Translations under genes and position numbers: made by a program
Part shown: positions 58,486 to 64,000 of the stretch, one piece after another
Numbering within the stretch: the first letter of the stretch is position 1
Layout of the letters: the number at the start of each line of letters is the position of its first letter
Notes under the pieces: model-generated
Seen by the model: the letters and a program-made list of their open reading frames with translations, nothing else
Told to the model about the DNA's origin: nothing
Database searches by the model: none
Source: an uncultured delta proteobacterium
GTDB taxonomy: Bacteria > Desulfobacterota > Binatia > Binatales > Binataceae
Direction: 5' to 3'
Assembly: GCA_963765675.1 (NCBI GenBank)
Contig: CAVXXK010000001.1
Coordinates: forward strand, 1-64,000
DNA length: 64,000 nucleotides

Positions 58486-59058
58486 TTATGCGGTGCGGGC
58501 GCGGCGCTGGCAGCGGACTTGATTGCAAAACTTCTCGTCGGCGCGCGCGGCGATGAATTCGCTGCCACATCGCGCACACTTCACGATCGATTCTCCCGCC
58601 GCGAGCTGCGGCGGGGGCGCGGATTGCGCCACCGCGGCGGTCATGCTCTCGGTCGATTCGCCGTGCGCGCCGAGAGTTGCCAGAGCGTCGGCGCGTTCGT
58701 TGAGATCGTCGCCGGCGTGGCCGCGCACCCATTCGAATTCGACCTTGCGCTGCGCAGCTTCGGCGTCGAGCTGGCTCCACAGCTCCAGGTTCGCTTTGCG
58801 TTTCCATGCGCGCGTCATCGTGTTGACGACGTACTGGCTGTCGCTGCGCAGGATCACGCGCGCGCCAGGCTGGATCGCGCGCAAGGCCTGAATCGCCGCG
58901 GTCAGCTCCATCTGGTTGTTGGTGGTATGGCCGCCGTGGCCGTTGATCTCGCGGCGCGATCCGTCGGGCGCAATAATCACGACGCCCCATCCGCCGCGCC
59001 CGGGATTTCCATGGCACGCGCCGTCGGCGTACGCGAGATAGGCATCGCGAGAGGGCAT
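58486..59058 (-). CDS. rnhA: Ribonuclease HI with C-terminal Cys4 extension
   Basis: DGACHGNPGRGGWG, TTNNQMEL, SDSQYV, WVRGHAG..NERAD; tail CARC..FCNQVRC. Confidence 0.92.
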   Translation of the reverse strand: MPSRDAYLAYADGACHGNPGRGGWGVVIIAPDGSRREINGHGGHTTNNQMELTAAIQALRAIQPGARVILRSDSQYVVNTMTRAWKRKANLELWSQLDAEAAQRKVEFEWVRGHAGDDLNERADALATLGAHGESTESMTAAVAQSAPPPQLAAGESIVKCARCGSEFIAARADEKFCNQVRCQRRARTA

Positions 59059-59067
59059 CGTGAGATT

Positions 59068-60526
59068 CTACGCTGCGCCCCGCGTACGAGTTAAGGCGTC
59101 GAACCAATCGAGATAGCGGCGTGCGGATTGCGCCCAGGAAAAATCCTGCGCGAAGCAGTTCGTCACGAGCTTGCGCCACGCCGGCGGCTTCGCGAATGCG
59201 GCGGTCATCCGCGTGATCGCGGCGACCAACTCGTCGGCGGTCATATTTCTCGAACACAAAACCGGTTCCGCGTCCGGTCGCGGGATCAAATTCGGTGACG
59301 GTGTCGCGCAAGCCTCCGGTCGCGCGGACGATCGGCGCGGTGCCGTACTTGAGCGCGTACATCTGGGTCAGCCCGCACGGCTCGAACCGCGACGGCATCA
59401 GGAACGCGTCGCAGCCAGCCTGGATGCGATGCGCCATCGGGTTGTCGAATTCCAGAATCACGCGGAACTGGTCCGGGAAGCGTTTGCGCGCGGCGCTGAA
59501 AAATTCCTCGAGCGCCTTGTCGCCACTCGCCAGCATCACGAGCTGCACCCCGAGCGCCATCACCTCGTCGAGCGCGTCGCGCAACAGGTCGCAGCCCTTT
59601 TGCGTGGTAAGCCGCGTGACCATCCCGATAAGCGCGCGATCGTCCCATCCCGGCAGTTCGAGCGAGTCGCGCAGGTCGCGCGCGCATACGCGCTTGCCGT
59701 CGGGCATCGCCGGCGTATATTGCGCGGCGATCAGATCGTCGTGCGCGGGGTTCCATTCGCGATAGTCCGCACCGTTCAAGATTCCCACAAAGCGCTCGCC
59801 CTTGTTCCGCAGCACGCCTTCGAGGCCAAAACCGAGATCAGGATCGGCGGTGACTTCGCGCGCGTAGCTCGGGCTGACGGTCGAGACACCATCGGCGAGG
59901 ATGATTGCGCCCTTCATCAGATTCATGCGGCCGAAGAATTCGAGCCCGTCGATTCCGAAGTACGCGGGATCGATTCCGAGCAGCGGAAATTTCGCGGCGT
60001 CGTAGATTCCCTGGAAGGCAAGATTGTGAATCGTAAAGGCGGTCGTGGCGCGCGCAAAACGTTCGCGTATCGCCGCGTCGGCGCGCGCAACGATCGGCGC
60101 GACCGCGGCATGCCAGTCATGCGCATGCAAAACGTCGGGCCTGATAATTTCGGCGGCCGCCATCGCAGCGGCTTTTCCGAAGAAGGCGAAGCGGCGCAGA
60201 TTGTCGGGAAAGTCGCCTTCCTTGTCGCCGTATACTCCGTCGCGCGCGAAGAACTCCGGATGGTCGATCATAAAGATCGGCACGCCGTGGGAATCCTCGG
60301 CGCGCAGCACGCGGAACCGATGCGCCTCAGCGCCGAGATGCGCCGTCATCGCGGGGCCGACCGGCTCCGCCTTGAGCTTCGAGGTGATTGACTTGTAACC
60401 GGGAACGATAACGGCAGCCTCGGCGCCCGAATCTTTCAATGCGGCCGGCAGCGCACCGATGACATCGGCGAGTCCGCCGACTTTCGCCCACGGAGAAATT
60501 TCTGCTGCGACGATCGCGATCTTCAC
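59068..60526 (-). pseudogene. glgA: Glycogen synthase with a +1 frameshift near 59242 (possible sequencing error)
   Basis: KVGGLADV, HDWH, TIHNLAFQG, PSRFEPCGLTQM; removing one base joins FEKY to TADEL..DFSWAQSARRY in the other frame. Confidence 0.88.
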
Positions 60527-60610
60527 TACATGATCAGTAAAACATCAGAAGCCATCGCGCGCCAGAGAATCATATGAGGCGCGGCTCTTTCTGAAACCCT
60601 CTCCTTCGAA

Positions 60611-61447
60611 TCAGGGATAGAGCTTTACCGACTCCACATCCGAGCGAAATGCTGTGGTAGACAACGCGAAGCGCGGCGACGATGAGCAGTTCAATGCGGG
60701 CGCATGCAGGATCATCGGATGCACGAGGATTACGTCGCCGGGTTCGCCGGTCATCTCAACCACCCGCACCTCGACTCCGTCAATCACCGTTCCCTCACTC
60801 ATAAACCTCTGAACCCGATTCCCTGCCTCGTCCATCGAGCACAGCTTCTTCACCCAAGGATGTGCGCTGATCAGACGCTTGCGAGCATCATGAGAAGAGA
60901 GACGTTCGTCCTCGCGCACGAGCTTTTGGACGAGCCGATGCGAGCCGGCCACGAAGAGAGTCCCGCCCATCATCGGCGACAATTTCGCCAGGCATGTGAA
61001 GATCCGCACCGCCGTGAGTCCCAATGAAGAATGCGATGCGGGAAGATCCAGGTGCCAGGCGCTGCTCGGAACGTCCCACTGGCCCGTGGATTCCGGAAAC
61101 GTGACGAGAAGCGATCCCCATCGCTTCGGTCGTTGCCACTGTCCCGAGCCCAGAAGTTCATCAATCGCGCCACAGACAACAGCGTTACCGACTTGTTCGA
61201 ACGTCACCGACTTGGGCAGGTGACGAGTGCCAAGGAACCCATGAGTTGCGCGAGTCTGCTCCATCCGAGTGCTTCCAGCCTTGGGTTCCGGCCAGGTATT
61301 CGGTGCGTCGCGGTGGATGTAGTGTCGGTCGCGAAGGCAGTTCCAGATCGTCCGCAGCATATCCTCGGCGGCAGATTCGGCGACGGCGCCGCGCATTCGG
61401 ACAATTCCGCTTCGATCGAATTCCTGCCGCTGTTCAGTCGTAAGCAT
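60611..61447 (-). CDS. Phytanoyl-CoA dioxygenase (PhyH) family 2OG-Fe(II) oxygenase
   Basis: WHLD, GGTLFVAGSH, GDVILVHPMILHA..PR. Confidence 0.85.
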   Translation of the reverse strand: MLTTEQRQEFDRSGIVRMRGAVAESAAEDMLRTIWNCLRDRHYIHRDAPNTWPEPKAGSTRMEQTRATHGFLGTRHLPKSVTFEQVGNAVVCGAIDELLGSGQWQRPKRWGSLLVTFPESTGQWDVPSSAWHLDLPASHSSLGLTAVRIFTCLAKLSPMMGGTLFVAGSHRLVQKLVREDERLSSHDARKRLISAHPWVKKLCSMDEAGNRVQRFMSEGTVIDGVEVRVVEMTGEPGDVILVHPMILHAPALNCSSSPRFALSTTAFRSDVESVKLYP

Positions 61448-61698
61448 TGAGCACCTCACTTTTGATTATTTACATCCGCTCCAACGAAAACGCCCCGTGC
61501 TTGCCCATTTTTGATCTGGATGGGCAAACACGGGGCATCCCCGTGTTCAGGCCTGCTTCGATACCGCGGAACAGGCGCAGATATTTATTTTACAATCTAG
61601 CGGGAATTATGAAGCCCGCTCGATTTCAGAGATCATTTCTTCCAGAGTCTCGGCGCCGCGTCAACTCCGAGAACGATAGCCCGCGTTTTCAAGGCACC

Positions 61699-61777
61699 TT
61701 TTAATCGCGCGGCGCTGGCACGCCGCGCTGAATAAGGTCCCTCACCTGGCCTCTCCCTTTCAGGGCGAGGAATCAGA
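61699..61777 (-). repeat. REP/MITE-like element family A, partial copy 3
   Basis: TAATCGCGCGGCG..CGCCGCGCTGAATAAGGTCCCTCACC..GGGCGAGGAATCAGA shared with copy 2. Confidence 0.8.
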
Positions 61778-61779
61778 GA

Positions 61780-62532
61780 TCACGATTTGCGGGACTTCGA
61801 GGTGAATGCTGCTATGCGCTCGCGCATGTCGGGGCCCACTCCGGCGCTGCGATAGACTTCGTGCGCGAGGCCCGCTTCGAGCGGGAGCGCGTCGGTCTCG
61901 ATTAGCAGGCGCTTGTTCGCGCGATGACTATGCCACGAGTTGGCGAGGATCATCTTCGCGAGTCCAGCGAGCTCGCGATCGAATGCGTCGTCGGCGACGC
62001 AAAAGTTCGCAAGGCCGATCGCAAGCGCCTCGGCGCCGGGATATGTGCGGCACGTGAACATCATCTCGCGCGCCTTCGACGGACCGACGCGACGCGGCAG
62101 CCGCTGGCTCATCCCCCACGCGGGAGTTAGCGCCCAGCGCGCATGCGTGTCGGCGAACTTCGCGGACTCGGCGGCGAAAATAATATCGCCGGCCAGCGCA
62201 AGCTCGAGCGCGCCGGTGTAGCAATGCCCATGCACCGCCGAAATGACCGGTTGCGGAAGATTAGCCAGACGCTCGATCGTGTCGGCCTGAAAGTTCGGGC
62301 GCGGAGGCCGCTCACCAGCCGCGATATCGGCCAGATCGTGACCCGCCGAGAAACACTTGCCCGCGCCGCGCACGACGACCAGCCCGACGCGATCGGTCTC
62401 GCCCGCGATCGCATCGACATGCTCGCGCAGCTCTACGAACATCGGCACGTTGAGCGAGTTGAGTTTCTCGGGGCGGTTCAGCGTGAGCGTCGCGAGCCCG
62501 TCCTTGTCTTCTCGGAGCACGAGTCCTGCCAT
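61780..62532 (-). CDS. Enoyl-CoA hydratase/isomerase family
   Basis: LNRPEKLNSL, FSAGHDL, VHGHCYTGALELALAGD. Confidence 0.92.
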   Translation of the reverse strand: MAGLVLREDKDGLATLTLNRPEKLNSLNVPMFVELREHVDAIAGETDRVGLVVVRGAGKCFSAGHDLADIAAGERPPRPNFQADTIERLANLPQPVISAVHGHCYTGALELALAGDIIFAAESAKFADTHARWALTPAWGMSQRLPRRVGPSKAREMMFTCRTYPGAEALAIGLANFCVADDAFDRELAGLAKMILANSWHSHRANKRLLIETDALPLEAGLAHEVYRSAGVGPDMRERIAAFTSKSRKS

Positions 62533-62640
62533 GGCGATTCCTCCCGCAAAATTCGACTCTACCTGAGCATCGGAAACCGCGTCGAGGGTCGCCGCACCGC
62601 GCCGCGTCTGCGCTATAGATGCAGGTTGAGGAATAGATCA

Positions 62641-63433
62641 ATGACAGCCCCGCACTATGGCGACGTATCGATCGCCGTGAATGAAACCGACCATGTCGCA
62701 CTCGCCGAGATTCATCGGCCGCCGCACAACTTTTTCGATCATCAATTGATCAAGGATCTCGCCGACGCGTTCGAAGCCCTCGACACCGACGCCGGATGCC
62801 GCGCGATCTTGCTCGCAGCGGAGGGGAAATCATTTTGCGCAGGCGCGGACTTCAGCAAGCGTCAGACGCCCGCGGCCGGCGCCACGCCCGCGACCGGGAA
62901 TCCGCTCTACTCGGAAGCGGTGCGGCTCTTTCGATGCAAGAAGCCTGATAGTCGCGGCGATCCAGGGTGCCGCGATCGGCGGAGGCTTCGGCCTTGCAAT
63001 GGCCGCCGACTTTCGCGTCGTCACTGCCGACGCGCGCTTCGCAGCGAACTTCGTCAAGCTCGGAATCCATCCGGGCTTCGGACTGACCTATACGCTGCCG
63101 CGGATTATCGGTATCCAGAAAGCGAATCTGATGTTCTACACCGGGCGCAGGATCAACGGCGAAGAAGCGCTTGCGTGGGGACTCGCTGATTCGATCGTCG
63201 CGCCAGAAAAGCTCCGCGAGACCGCTCGTGCACTCGCCGCCGAAATCGCGGAGAACGCGCCGCTTGCCGTCCTCTCGACGCGCGCGACGATGTGCGCGGG
63301 CCTCGCCGACGCGGTCAAGGCGCAGACCGATATCGAGTTCCGCGAACAGAGCTGGCTGATGCGTACCGAGGACCATCGCGAAGGCGTCAAGGCTGTCTCC
63401 GAGCGCCGCCCCGGCCGCTTCCAGAGCCGCTGA
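62641..63433 (+). pseudogene. Enoyl-CoA hydratase family with a +1 frameshift near 62946 (possible sequencing error)
   Basis: FCAGADF..FRCKKP continues as IVAAIQGAAIGGGFGLAMAADFR in the shifted frame. Confidence 0.85.
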
Positions 63434-63559
63434 ACGCGCAGAGGCCAAGCGCATCGTCGTTGCTGCTGATGCGTCATTCCTACGCGGGGCTGCCGCGCAA
63501 TTGTAAGCGAAGTCTGCAAGTGCTACGAATACGCCATTCCATTGAGGGAGGTGCGTTTG

Positions 63560-63628
63560 ATGGTCCTTGAACATAAAGAACTTGCGCCCGAATTCCGCGA
63601 AGCGCATCTGCCGCCTCGTTGCCGCTGA
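63560..63628 (+). CDS. Putative 22-aa leader peptide
   Basis: MVLEHKELAPEFREAHLPPRCR; strong GGGAGGT RBS; stop abuts a long hairpin. Confidence 0.5.
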   Translation: MVLEHKELAPEFREAHLPPRCR

Positions 63629-63629
63629 C

Positions 63630-63764
63630 CATTTCGCGCCATTCGAAGATCGGCTGAGCGTTTCGCGCAGGCCCCGCTGCGTCCGCGGTACGCGGTTTCG
63701 CATCAATGCGCAACCGCTCCGCGCAAGAGAAACGACCGATGATCACGAATGGTGCAGAGAAATG
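63630..63764 (+). promoter_or_regulatory. Long RNA hairpin sequestering the downstream start codon (putative translational attenuator)
   Basis: Nested pairings CATTTC/GAAATG, GCGCCATTCG/CGAATGGTGC, ATCGG/CCGAT, CGTTTC/GAAACG, GCGC/GCGC. Confidence 0.55.
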
Positions 63765-64000
63765 AGCAATCCTTTTCTTGAATTGAAAGATCGCGAACCG
63801 TGGGGGCCTGGATCCTTTGAGATGGCGTTGCCGCTGGTCGAGGATGTGGGAATCGCCGGCGGGATGCGCGTGCTCGAAGTCGGTGGAGGCTCGGGACAAA
63901 TCGCCGTCACGCTCGCCAAGCATTGGAACGTCACCGTTTTCACGCTCGAGCCGTGGTTCGGTGGTGAGCAGATCCAGGCGCGGGCGCAAGCCGCGGGCGT
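63762..64000 (+). CDS. Class I SAM-dependent methyltransferase, partial
   Basis: Manual translation MSNPFLELKDREPWGPGSFEMA..GMRVLEVGGGSGQIAVTLAKHWNV; runs off the window. Confidence 0.8.
   Translation, partial: MSNPFLELKDREPWGPGSFEMALPLVEDVGIAGGMRVLEVGGGSGQIAVTLAKHWNVTVFTLEPWFGGEQIQARAQAAG

Noticed and set aside
58436-60526. 696-aa glycogen synthase with a novel C-terminal domain
   Set aside because: The extension is a frameshift artefact; the true C-terminus is in ORF 59068-59289.

Overview
GC-rich bacterial chromosomal window. The gene content and style suggest a Deltaproteobacteria-like soil organism such as Candidatus Binatia, but this is inference only. Bases 1-~17060 are the right part of a conjugation-type island inserted at the 3' end of an initiator tRNA-Met. 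It carries a MOBF/TrwC relaxase-helicase, a coupling protein, an RHH accessory protein, a candidate oriT, DUF2274, a lone TrbC/VirB2 pilin and an ImmR/ImmA-like switch. Its cargo is four secreted proteins, including a DUF1906 hydrolase fusion and a G1 glutamic peptidase. The remainder is mostly core or metabolic genes: thiolase/OB-fold pair, pyrE, aroE, grpE-dnaK-dnaJ, hrcA, a VWA protein, TetR/ferritin-like pair, MFS transporter, solA, xseAB, tlyA, GH1, rnhA, glgA and enoyl-CoA hydratases. Notable features missed by the ORF track are (i) three tandem paralogous 59-aa tail-anchored membrane microproteins under a sigma54-type promoter (56778-57432), (ii) a 22-aa leader peptide plus a long hairpin that hides the start codon of a methyltransferase (63545-63764), (iii) an Rhs toxin/immunity cassette bracketed by a diverged 170-bp direct repeat (38291-42804), (iv) a 59-aa CxxH/HxxC protein and (v) three families of REP/MITE-like repeats. 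glgA and one enoyl-CoA hydratase carry single-base frameshifts that may be sequencing errors. All calls are by eye; no database searches were run.
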